This document shows positions 38,650 to 51,278 of a stretch of DNA of 64,000 nucleotides, one piece after another. Within the stretch, counting starts at the first letter, position 1; each line of letters starts with the position of its first letter. The notes under the pieces were generated by a model. It ran no database searches. It worked only from the letters and a program-made list of their open reading frames with translations, and was not told the origin of the DNA. The position numbers and the translations under genes were made by a program. The DNA comes from the human T2T-CHM13v2.0 reference genome, Homo sapiens: the NCBI RefSeq assembly GCF_009914755.1, contig NC_060933.1; one strand, written 5' to 3'.

Positions 38650-39304
38650 AGGTGAACACACAGGATGAGGCCCTGAAAACTCATTTCACCCGTGTACCTC
38701 ACCCAAAAATTCCCCTTTGTACTCTTATCTTTATCTCTAACTGACAGCATGAAGGTAGCCCGAAGTCCCCTCACCCTGTCTGTCCTCCTGATTCTCTAGC
38801 CCAGTTCCCTCTAGCTCCAGCACAGACTCTTATCTCCAGCCCTGACTGCTGAAACCCTCCAGCCCCAGCTCCAGCCCCTCAGGAGGGGACTGCGTGGGAG
38901 GAATGACTCCAGCAAGCCGGCAGCTGACCCGTCTCCTGCCTGCACGCCTCCCGCTGTGGTCCACTGCTGGTGGTCTTCAGCTCTCTCCTCGTCCCACCCC
39001 CATGGTCTGCTGACAGCCCAGCCCAGTGCATCCCTGCCATCTCTGCTCTGCCACTGGTCCTCCCAACAACCAACTTACAGGTAAGGAAACTGAGGCCCAG
39101 AGAGAAGGTGTATGTGCCTGTGTCACACAGCAACACAGGACTGCACCATAACAAGAAAGCTGGGACTTCCACTCCCAGCCGGGGCTCCTTCCCCAAACAA
39201 TCCCTCAGTCACCTCCTCGCTGTATGGTACCCAGCGAATGGCCCTTCCAGATCTGGGCACTGAGGAGGCTGTCCCATCCCCACCCTGCCTGGAGCCCCAC
39301 TCAC

Positions 39305-39452
39305 TCTGCTGAAATGTCTTCTGATTCTCAGCCTCTGCCTTGGGGGCTTCTCAGTTAAAGCGCATCTTGATCTTGTTCCTCTGTGACTGTCCCTGTCTCA
39401 GCTTCCACCCCCAGCTGGGGCTCAGCTATCCCTGTGTCCCCAGTCCAGAGCC
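39305..39452 (-). pseudogene. AQP7: AQP7 paralogue exon 1 (5'UTR)
   Basis: Matches the recalled AQP7 5'UTR (GGCTCTGGACTGGGGACACAGGGATAGC...ACATTTCAGCAGA); donor GTGAGT at 39304-39299; TSS approximate. Confidence 0.8.
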
Positions 39453-39501
39453 TGCCTCTCAGCCCTCCCAGGGCGGCCTCGAGTGCTGCTCCTGCTCCTC
39501 C

Positions 39502-39514
39502 AGGGGAGAGGTCA
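39502..39514. promoter_or_regulatory. DR1-type PPAR response element (AGGGGA-G-AGGTCA) of the AQP7 promoter
   Basis: DR1 motif about 50-62 bp upstream of exon 1; AQP7 is an established PPARgamma target with a proximal PPRE. Confidence 0.7.
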
Positions 39515-39566
39515 GTAAGGCAGGGATTTGGCTGGTGCCACTTGAACCAAGTCCAGATGCACTGCC

Positions 39567-39573
39567 CAAAATA
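39567..39573 (-). promoter_or_regulatory. Insulin response element-like heptamer TATTTTG; a second, TGTTTTC, lies at 40081-40075
   Basis: T(G/A)TTTT(G/C) cores at about -120 and -625 from exon 1, consistent with described insulin-repressive elements of AQP7; short motif. Confidence 0.5.
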
Positions 39574-40666
39574 ACATCCCTCATCTGGCCAGCAGTGCCG
39601 TGGAGACCGAGTTCTGAAGCAGGCCTTTGTGAGGTCAGAGGTGGAGTTCTGGGTGGGCACTCTGGGCCTCACAGTCCCAGAGGAAAGGCCTGTCCTCCAA
39701 GCCAATGTGCAGCCTGACTCTGGGGCCAGCGCCTGAGGAAGCCCTCCCTGAGCCCCAGCCCTGGGGAAGGCTGAAGAGGCCTCTGAACCCCCAGCGCTGG
39801 GGAGAGCTGTGCAGAATAGGACTGGAGGTGGAAGTGTTGGAGATTAACAGCCAGATGGAGGGGACGGCGGGAGGCCCTGGGTCAGTCCTCAGGGAACCCC
39901 ATTCTGAAGGGGGAGAGGGAAACTCAGGCCCAGTCCTCAGGGGCCCCCAGTCTGAGAGGAAGGAGGACACACGAGCCATATTTGCAGAGAGACACCAGCC
40001 TGCGAGAGGAGGTAGAAGCCCAGGCCTGGCCCTCCGAGGGCCCCTAGTCTGAGGAGCAGTCCACCTGCCCTCGGGAAAACACCTCCCTTAGGAAAGGCCA
40101 GCAAGGCCCCCGTAAAGGAGCCACAGCTGGATCGGGGCATGGGGCTCGGGGCCCAGCGGCGTGGGAGCTCCGGGACCGAGGTGCAGTCAGGAGAGGCCCT
40201 GGGGGCCAGCGGCAGTCCAAGAGGACTTTTGGAGCCAAGGCCTGACTGGGTCTCAAACAATGGGGCAGGCAGTTTGGGGTTTCAGCAGGTGGCCCAGTGC
40301 TGAGACACAAGGGAGTTGTTTCTGGTCTGCAGACACTGAGGACACTTGCTATGTGGCGTGGTGGATGGTGGGTAAGTCCTGGGAATTTCTGGCACCAGGT
40401 TCCATGGGTGGGAAGGGGCATAGGATTCAGTTGTCCAAAGCTCAGGTGTGGGAATGGAACTGTCCTGTAGAGGGTGCCAAAGACCAGGTCTGGAAACTGC
40501 ATAGCCCCAGTCCCCACCCCCACACACACCATCCCACCCCTTCCAGCTTTTTCTGCAGATCTTTCTGCAGGGGTGAGGCAGGGAGAGGAAGGGGTCGGCC
40601 GCAGTTCCGGGGCTTCCTAGTCAGAAGCCCTCTGTAAGGCACTAACTTCCCTCTTCCCTCTGCAGA

Positions 40667-40964
40667 TTTTTTTTTTTTTTTTTTGAGACGGAGTCCCACT
40701 CCACCCAGGCTGGAGTGCAGTGGCACAATCTTGTCTCACCACAGTCTCTGCCACCCAGTTCAAGTGATTCTCCTGCCTCAGCCTCCCAAGTAGCTGGGAT
40801 TACAGGCATGCACCACCAAGCCCAGCTAGTTTTTTTGGATTTTTAGTAAAGACAGGGTGTCACCATATTGGTCAGGCTGGTTTCGAACTCCTGACCTCAG
40901 GTAATCCACCCGCCTCGGCCTCCCAAAGTACTGGGATTATAGGTGTGAGCCACTGTGCCCGGCC
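40667..40964 (-). mobile_element. AluS
   Basis: TSD TCCCTCTGCAGATT on both sides. Confidence 0.92.
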
Positions 40965-41242
40965 TCCCTCTGCAGATTCTACGTGGGCTCTAAGCAGCCT
41001 CTAAATTGCCTGAACACCTAAGGCTTATTTGCTAGTTGACATCTGATCTATTCTGACACTGAAAATTTCAGTGCTTTAGGGTGCTAAAAGGAAAAAAGAG
41101 GGTTTGCAAGGAATCCTGCAGTTGCTGAGGGGGACCCTGATAAGGGAATTTTAAGCAATTATAGTAAGTGTCACTAAACTTTTTAAAAAATCTTTAACCA
41201 GATTAAACTTACACAATTTTGTTATAATTTGTGTTTCTGCAG

Positions 41243-41350
41243 CTTCCAATTGTGGACAAGATAAGGACCATTGCCCAGGCTGTCTATGGAGCCAAAGATA
41301 TCGAACTCTGTCCTGAGGCACAAGTCAAAATAGATCGTTACACTCAGCAG
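41243..41350 (+). pseudogene. MTHFD1L: MTHFD1L-derived exon (108 nt)
   Basis: TTTCTGCAG|[36 protein letters not shown]|GTAAAA. Confidence 0.92.
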
Positions 41351-42867
41351 GTAAAAGTTGTAATTTTAGGGGAAAAGAAAAAATTCACCTTAGGCTCTCA
41401 GAATACTCAGCTTGACTTGAGGATTTGTACATGTCTCACCAGCTAACCTCTGCTTAATCTATTTTCTGATTAACAAAGATGAAAGCAATATCCTCGGGTA
41501 GAGTGTACACTATATTTAGAACTTTATGGTGAGGCATGTATCCTCTGATCCATGCACCATTTACTTCTGTGACTATAAATGTGTCTGATATGGGTGGTAT
41601 CCCTGTTTGTAGGTGATGTGTGATCTTTCATCCCTCCCACTCAGCCCAGAATGTTGAAACTATCCTTTGGAGTAGAGCTGCGGAGTCAGATTTACATGAA
41701 TTGCAATGCTTCCTCTTCCTTACAGGCCTCTTACTACCTTAAAAATGCTAGCAAGGTGCCAGGGTAGGCAGATAGGAGTGCAACCTATAAAGATGGGAAC
41801 GTTTGCTGTTCTTATGCAAGCGGTTCATTGGCTTTTTACTGAGCTGGTCCACTGAGGTTGAAGGCTCCATCATCTTCTACCTCTAGCCACTGAGAAAGGC
41901 AAGTAGGCAAACAGCTGGGAAGGTGGCTATGATCTGACAGCATGTGTCATCACCTAGTCCAGTGACAGTCATGATGAATCAACTCCATTACAGGAGGCTC
42001 AGCCACCTTTTACCAAAAGGACCATGTGCCTCCAGTGTCCCTCCTACTTTGGTGTAATCAGATAGATAGAAGTCAGAACATTTTAAGAGCCTGCTGGCTA
42101 AAGAGCTTCATGATTGGTAGTGTTGACCTTATCTTTAAAAACAATCTCCAACTCCTTATTCTTTTTTGTAAACCCATTTGAAATTTTGTTAAATGCTACC
42201 ATTGCCAGCCAGGGTATTTGTTCTCCTAGGTTTGGTAAAATAGGAACTCAGAAAGTTCTAAATTCTTAAAATTTTCCCTGATGTTCTTGGCTTACCCTTT
42301 ACAAAAAGGATTCCCAAGCACTGCTCTGTGCCTAGGCATTGTGGTGAAGTTTTCATTCATGTGCAATGAACCAAGTAAAATAAGGTCATTCTCATGAGGT
42401 TGCTTTGTTTTTTTTTCCCCTGAGTTTTTAATAATGATATTTAAGACTATCATTTATTGTAATATTAAGTCTTTTCTCCTTTCAGTGTTAAAATGTTATT
42501 TCTTTTATGAAGTAATGTGGTGACAGTATATAGCATACTGGTTGGTTTCTGTTTCTTTTTAATATGCCTACTGACAAAATTTTTACATTAGCAAACCTAT
42601 AGAAATTACTTTAATATTTAACCATGTCTGAAATTCAAAATTCTGGCACCATTCTGAAAGGCAGTTGTGATTCTCACTCAGCAAAATTCTTATCAGTATA
42701 GAAGAGTGGAGATTTCAAAAAGAAAATGGCCCCAAGCCCAAGTCCTCCCTAAGTTGATAAGACTCTAAGATCTTCCAAATAGTTTTAGGCTAAGTCTTAT
42801 GAAAATTTGACTAAAGATTTCATTCCCTTTATCTCTATCAAGGAAATACTCCTTAAAACTCGTGTCA

Positions 42868-42981
42868 ACCAGGCATGGTGCTCACACCTGTAATCCCAGC
42901 ACTTTGTTGGGGCAAGGCAGAGGATCAGTTGAAGCCAGGAGTTGAGACCACTCTGAGCAACATAGCAAAACCTCCATCTCT
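42868..42981 (+). mobile_element. Alu left monomer / FLAM
   Basis: Single arm only. Confidence 0.75.
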
Positions 42982-43691
42982 ATTTTTATTTTTTTAAAAG
43001 TTAGTGCCAAGTATGTGGTTGCAATGAATTAGCAAAGCCTCTAAAGGAACACTGTGTGCCATTTAATCAGAAACAGGCTTAGAGGACACTGTGCTTTTTG
43101 TGAGACACCACATGTGACTTCCTGATCTTTCACCTTTGGAACTCTGGGTCAGACATAGACTTTGGTCCTTAAAAACAAGAAGCTTAAATAGTGACCTCAT
43201 CTTAGTTCTTGTAATGTAGTTGCAGATCAAATAACCATGATTCATAAACCAACACAAAGGAACCCTTTGCTTCTTGACTGACTCCAGAATGAGTGAACAA
43301 CATAACTAAGAGCCTAGTCGCAGAGCCTTTCTCCAGATTACCTTGCTGGGTCCCAGATATTAATAGTCTTGGAAAGCGGTTTCTACAGCTGCTGCTTTGC
43401 CTGAAAATAGCAATGCTTTTCCCAAACATGCACATAACACTGCCTTCTCTTAACGAGACCTCCAAAATAAACAATAGTCACCCTTGACCTACTAAACAGT
43501 CATCACATGGAGATGAGTTTTTATCCTCACCTTCTTGCTTCTTCAGTGAACAAGTAGTAACAAGCAGCTCCTGCGTGTGCCTCGATCTGAGCTGGCATAC
43601 CATTGCTGCCGAGACTGTATAAAGTGCAAATTGAAGAACACAGGAGACTCACATCTATATCAGTGAACACATTTTCTTTCCTTTCTTACAG

Positions 43692-43844
43692 GGTTTTGGA
43701 AATTTGCCCATCTGCATGGCAAAGACCGATCTTTCTCTGTCTCACCAACCTGACAAAAAAGGTGTGCCAAGGGACTTCATCTTACCTATCAGTGATGTCC
43801 GGGCCAGCATAGGTGCTGGGTTCATTTACCCTTTGGTCGGAACG
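43692..43844 (+). pseudogene. MTHFD1L: MTHFD1L-derived exon (153 nt)
   Basis: TTCTTACAG|[51 protein letters not shown]|GTGAGT. Confidence 0.93.
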
Positions 43845-46356
43845 GTGAGTGAGTCACATTTTCCAAAATCCCTCCCCATTCTGCATTGTCGCAGTGCCTC
43901 AAATCGTTATGCTCCACCCGCTCTTTAAAAATCATGGATTAGGGAGAATTGGGAGTAATTAATAGTACAGTATTCGCTATTTTTCTAAACACTCTGTCTC
44001 ACCTACCTTTGCCATTGTGGTTTGGGTTTTTCTTTTTTTAGATCATGTGTTCAGGATCCTTAGAGTCATAATACTAATTTCCTTCCTAAGGCAAGTAAGA
44101 ACATAACTTGGGAGAATTCAGTCTATTTAAATGGTAGAATGGCTTAGGACAGTGGTTGTCAACCTTTATCACACATAGCACCCAAAATGATGTAATCAGT
44201 AGGGTTGAATGCTCACACCAGACAGGATCTGCCCAGTCACCACAAGGGCTGGGGAAAGCAGTCCTCACCCTCTCACTTCCCCAGCACATCAGGTGGGAAG
44301 TTCTGGCTTAGGAAATTACTGAATCATATGAATTCTCATTTTTGATGTTGTTGTGATGGGATTATGTTGCTATTGGTTGATTATTCTGTTATTTTGTGTT
44401 ATCTATGGAGGTAAAGGAGATGAGCAGAGATATAAAAGCTTATCAAAGTGCTTAAAATCCATGAAGATTGGCTTCATTTGGTATAGCTACACAGTGATAG
44501 CCTTCCATTGGTACCATCAGTGGCCTAAATTTGATTTCTTGTCTTTGGGAGTGCTCCTGAATTTGGTTTAGAATAAAAAAGAATTCTTAAAACCTGGCAG
44601 ATCCCATGGCAAGAAAAGAAAAAAAATTCTAACCCATCATTATCATCATCATTAGTGCAAAGTGATCTGAGCTTAAACAGCATACATTATAATAATTTTT
44701 TATAATAAACCATGTGGCTCTATTGTGCAAACAAGCAATAGACAGACAAAAAGTGCAGATTCTTGCCTTGATATTTACATACTTCATCTAATATTGGACA
44801 CAATGTTTTTTCAATCAGCATCATTTGAATTCTTCCTGCATGTGAGGCACAGAGATTTTAAGATGAGCAGGTGTGAGATGCATGGATTTGAATAGCATAG
44901 AGGTATCTGGAGAGCATTGTGTTGGTATTCTGAATGCCCTCAGATCCCAGGGGGATAACAGCTCATTATGCCTGGGGTAGAACTTACCTGGGCTGTGGAA
45001 GAAGAGGGGATTCTTCAAAAAGGGCTCAACCTCTGAACTGGCAAAACAGTGAGTTTTGACTCAAAGGCACCAGAGTACTAATACATGACATCCTCTCCTG
45101 GGGTGATCCAATGTGGCTGGAGTTGGATGAGGTGGGGAGGCTGGGGATGGGAATGGGAATGGGATTGGGATAGCAGGACGGGGTCACATGGCCAAGGATC
45201 TTGAAGACCATCTCACGGAACTTGAGTCTGATCTCTACACACTGAGGAGCCACGGTAGGGTGGGTTTTTTGTTTGTTTCTTGGTTTTTTATTTTTTTGAT
45301 TTTTTGTTTTTAAATAAGGAGGAGAAGAATGTGGTCTGATGTGTATTTTAGAAAAATAGCTCTGGCAGCAATGTGGAGAATGTTTAGTGAAAAGAGAACC
45401 AGGCCCAGATAGGTGGGTTAATTCAGCTGGGGCCAGAGGAAATCAAGGTCTGCACTTTGGCCACAGAAGTAGATACGGAGAGTGGGGGTGAATTGCAGAC
45501 ATACTCTAAAAGTATCCTCCTACAGTAGGGGCCGGGTGAAGGGACTGTTCTAGCTTGGTGACTGGCTGGTGATGCCATCACCGTGTCATGGAAAGGACAC
45601 GGGAGGAGGCAGATTGGCCAAGCCAGAAATGAGCCTGGCTTGAAGAGAGAGAGCTCAGAGGGTTAATAGGATCTAAGGAACAGTCTGTGTCTCCACTGGA
45701 AATACAGATACAGCTCTCCAAAGAAAGGGGAAGGAAGGTCGCCCTGGTGGGTTTAAGGATATGGGTGAAGGCACTCATTAAACAAGAGACACAGGGATAG
45801 CTGGAAATCAGTGAGAAGAGAGTAAAGGAAGACACCCCTGAAACACCCACTTTAATGCAGCCGACTCCTGGCAGGGGTGCCTTCCAGAAGGCAGGAAGGA
45901 AGGAGCAGGGGCATGGCAGAGAACGTCCAGAAAAATCCCACAGACACCGCTCACAGCAATGTTGACACAGAGAGAAGGGTCCAGATGAAATGGGTTCTGA
46001 ATGACATTTTCAGGTCTACAGTTCAGATCAGCAGTTGCCAGGAGTTGGGGGAGGGAAGTGTTTGACTGCAGAGGGGCAGGAGGGAACTTTTTGGGATAAT
46101 GGAAATATCCTATGTTTTGACATGGTAGTGATTCCATGGCTATATACATTCTTCCAGACTCATAGACCTATACACGTGTGTTGCCCAGGCTGGACTCAAA
46201 CTCCTGATCTCAAGCAATCCTCCCACCTCAGCTTCCCAAGTTGCTGTGACTATAGGTTCGTGCCACTGTGCTGGGCCTGTGTATCATTTAGTTATACCTC
46301 AGTTAAAAATGGGTACTGAAGAGCTTGCTGTATATTCCTTAGAATGGCCTCAGTCA

Positions 46357-46663
<307 letters not shown>

Positions 46664-47121
46664 TAGAATGGCCTCAGTGATGGCCACTTTACTCCTGAGC
46701 TTTAGTTGGCAAAGGCCTTGGCTTAGGGATAAGAGGGTGGCTGGACAGTGCAGGCCCAGAGAGACTGGACCATCAGGGGAAGTGAGGGGTGACGGAGGTG
46801 CCCAAACAGAGCATGAAATGGTAGAGTAGATGAGAAGGTTAGCCTCGATCACGATCTGTTCTGTCCTACCCTCTGCGGACTCTAAACCCCGCAGCAGTTC
46901 ACCCAACAAATTCATTCACTCGGCCAATGCTGCATAAGGCACTCAGCTCGGGGCTACAGGAAGCCCCAACCTAAAGAAGCTTTCTCTGCTTCAGGTAGTT
47001 TACAGCTGGTAGACGCAGATAGAAGTGAATTAGCAAAGAAAATAGTTTGATATAAAAATTGTGCATTTAACTGCAACCTTAATTCACTTCTGAGCATTTA
47101 ATAGCCATTAAACAAAAACCA

Positions 47122-47430
47122 GGGCCCACACAGTGGTTCACACTTACAATCCAAGCACTTTTGGAAGCCAAGGTAGAAGGATTGCTTCAGGCCAGGAGTT
47201 CAAGACCAGCCTGGGCAACATAGCCAGACTGTGTCTCTACTTAAACCAAAATTAGCCAGGAGTCATGGCACACACCTGGAGTCCCAGCTACTCAGGAGGC
47301 TGAAATGGGAGGATTACTTGAGCCCAGGAGTTTGAGGCTACACTGACCTATGATCATATCATTGCACTCCAGCCTGGGAGATAGAGTGAGACCTCTGTCT
47401 CTAAAAAAATGGAATAAAATAATAAAAAAC
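47122..47430 (+). mobile_element. AluJ
   Basis: Diverged dimer. Confidence 0.85.
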
Positions 47431-49919
47431 ACAATATAATTTAAAATCTTTGGAGTCACTAAACAAATATACAATGTGAATCTCCTCCCACTCCAGCTAA
47501 CACTACCATATCCAACATCAGGTAAAGACCAAAGCCGTTCTGGGAAATCAGAATCTGTTGCCATGGCTCATGCCTGGACACCAGGCTGTCCGCTCCTGAT
47601 GTCACTCTTTGACTTATGACTTGTTAGAAAATGAATGCGTGGAATGGCCCTGGAGGAGCCGCTGCAGCTCTCTGGGTTTCCTGAAGTGAGCCCTCTGTGT
47701 CATTATCTGGTCTTCTCAGCCCTCAGCCGAGTTCCTCCTGTGGCCACATGTGGGGTCGCAGTGAGCATCAGTGCACAGTGATGAAATCTGGAACAATCGG
47801 GTGTGGGGTGTGAGGGAAGGGAGTGGTGCCTGACTACAGAAGTTCCTGGAGGTCAGGAAACTCTCACTGGAGGCGGTGGCCCTAGAGGGCTGCTTTCTAT
47901 GACAGAGCAGGAAGCTGCATGTGTAGTGGGACACATGCATCAGAGGGGCCAGGATCTCCTAATAAGGACTGGTATTTACTTTTACTTGAACCCATTCTGG
48001 GCCTTACCACAGTCTGCTGAAATGCCTTGAACATTCATCACCCATGTGGGAGACAGGATAGTAATTTCCTGCTGAGATGACTGAGGGGACAGGGAATGGG
48101 GACACCAGGGGGACTGGCTCCTGCAGGTGGGAAAATTCTAGCAAAACGAATCACTCTTCTGCTTAGTCACCCAATGTGCGCTTATTAGAGTGCTGCTGAA
48201 AAACATATTCGTCTATCCACTCCAGAAAGATAGTCCAAACTGAGACCTCAAGATCAGAAAGGCTCCCAATCTCCTGCAGGGTTCATTCATTTACTCAGTG
48301 AATTATTAAATGCCTACAGCACGCAGGGCCATCAGCCCAACGGCTATGAGAAAGAGATTCAGTCCTTTCCTCACAGGCCTTATGATAGACTCCAGTAAAT
48401 AAAACAATACAGGCACAGAATGTGGCAGGCTTTATAAGAAAGCCTCTCTTGTTGTGTCCTCAAGGGAAGCAGAGAATCTCCTCTCTGGCTCTAGTTGGAG
48501 AATCCCAACCCAAGCAAGTCCATCTTTGAACAATAAACATCTCCAGTATTGCTGGCTTTGGAAGACCCCATGGTGAGATGCTGGAGCTTTTTTCCACTCC
48601 TGATTTCACTTTCTAAATATTTACTTTTACTTTCCATGTTCACTTGTAGGCCAGATTTTTTTTCCTACCATTGAATTATTTCATCATGTTCTATTTAATT
48701 ATTGTTTTAATTGGCATTGGTGACCACAAATAATAATAAATACTATTAACTGGTGTAACAGCTTCACTAGTCTATTTAACTTCCCCATGCTGTTGTAACT
48801 GAAGCACCCAGCACAAGCATTCCCAGCTCGTGGACGTCTAAGACCTTTGAGGTCATTCTTACATGCATTGCTAGTGTTTTCCATATTCCTTGATGGTAAC
48901 CAATTTTTCCTTCCTAAAATAACTTTCTTCATTCCTAGTAAGCTTCATATGTATTTTGTGTATTCTTCCCTCTTTTTTATGACATTATACATATTATTGA
49001 AAGCTAGAAAATAATACAAGATGCTTGACTGACATAATACCACTTAGTACATCTTTTTGTAAGAAATAGATTTTCTAATACAAATCTTTGATATAGGAAG
49101 AAATGAGCAAGTTGTTTTTTAAGGTTTTCCAACCCTATATTCTACTACAAATTACCCTGTTATAGTATGCTTCCAAAATTCTTTCAAGGATTACAGTTTA
49201 TAGTGTTCAATAAACCTAATAGTTTATAAAACTTCTCAAAAAGTAATCTCATGCCAAAAATAATTTAGTAGTAGGTGGTCTTTGTCTTGTGGTCACATTG
49301 TTTTGATATTGTCTTTAAGTTTCTGTAATTTACAAGGGCCGTTTAATCAGTTGGCATAAATTTCATGACAAAAATGCTAATATGTAAGCAAAGTATATGA
49401 AATGATATTTTTGAGAAGTAAATTACATTCCATATAGAAAAAGACTAGAAAGACTACACCAAAACCTTAAATTAGACAGTGATATTATAAGTAGCTTTTT
49501 TTCTTCTCTTTTTTGTATAGATCAAATTACTACGTTGGGTGTATATCACTTTTATAACATGAAAATACAGTAAATAGGGCGATGATAAACTGCAAGTGCT
49601 TGGGGAGAAGGCTTAACTCAGGCCACTTGCAAGAGAGTGAGAACACACACGCAGCCTGTGGGAGCGGGCTCCGTGCCGTCACCTGGCCGGTCCTGGCTGT
49701 GTTGCTGTGTTTTCGCACCTCAAAAGTTGGGACAGCAAGGAAAGGCCATAAGAGCTAGAATGTTTCTATAAGAAGTGTATTCAGTATGATTTGTCTAGCT
49801 CTGACTAATGTGTGCAAACCCCAGATTCCACTAAGCAAATGCAAGATTGTTTTTCCCTGTTAATTTGTTCCTGGGCCCTTCTTGCTTACTGTGTTGGGCA
49901 TTGGAGAGGGGGTGATTGA

Positions 49920-50212
<293 letters not shown>

Positions 50213-50490
50213 ATCTCTCACAGTGTTTTTTAAAACAACAATGCATTTTCACAACAGTTGGCCTGGAGAAGTGTCCAACCAAGTTGGAATTCATAGCAGA
50301 TATCCATTTGAAGTTAATTTTTGGTGTATTTGACTGTTTTCCATTGACTTCACATTGAGGCAGTGAGAGAGACTTGAAGAACTTAGAATATGAACCCTTT
50401 TCTCACTGGCAAACATGGGACATAGAGGCATGTCTTGACAGCAATTTATGGCAACACTCTGGGCTGGAATCTAGGGGTTAGGCAGCCTGG

Positions 50491-50689
50491 CCGGTTTTGT
50501 AAATTAGCCAGGCCACCCTCAGAGTCAGTTTGAGGGTTTAGTGGGAAGCCTGAATAAAAAGAGAAGTTAAACTTTTAAGAAAAGGGTCAAGCTTTAAAAC
50601 TGGAATTGGCTTTTCAAATTTAATGAGTAAAAAGAAACCCCAAAACTGGAATTGTAATTGTGGAGAAGTACAAATTATAGTATTTGGAA
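50491..50689 (+). repeat. ~200-bp diverged direct repeat, copy 1 (copy 2 at 53428-53656)
   Basis: Shared CCGGTTTTGTAAATTAG...AAGAAAAGGGTCAAGCTTTAAAACTGGAATTGGCTTTTCAAATTTAATGAG...CCCAAAACTGGAATTGTAATTGTGGAGAA. Confidence 0.9.
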
Positions 50690-50912
50690 TATCATCTACA
50701 AGGAATGAAACTATTCAGAAGCATTTAGATGGTAGTCATTGATTGTAGGGCATCTCTGGGGGCAGGGTGGCTCCTGGCACTGTAGAGAAAGACCATCGGT
50801 GCTTCCGTCTCCCAGTTGGAGGAAAGGGATACACTGTGGAGGTCCCAGCAGCTTAGGGCCTGCCCCCATGTGGTTATGTCTGCATGGTTTCCTTCCCTCT
50901 GTCTTCCTGTAA

Positions 50913-51278
<366 letters not shown>

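Larger units (their letters stand above)
41243..43844 (+). pseudogene. MTHFD1L: Partial unprocessed MTHFD1L duplicate (two late coding exons of the formyltetrahydrofolate synthetase domain)
   Basis: Two GT-AG exons in phase 0, both open; no earlier or later MTHFD1L coding exons are seen in the window. Confidence 0.92.
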
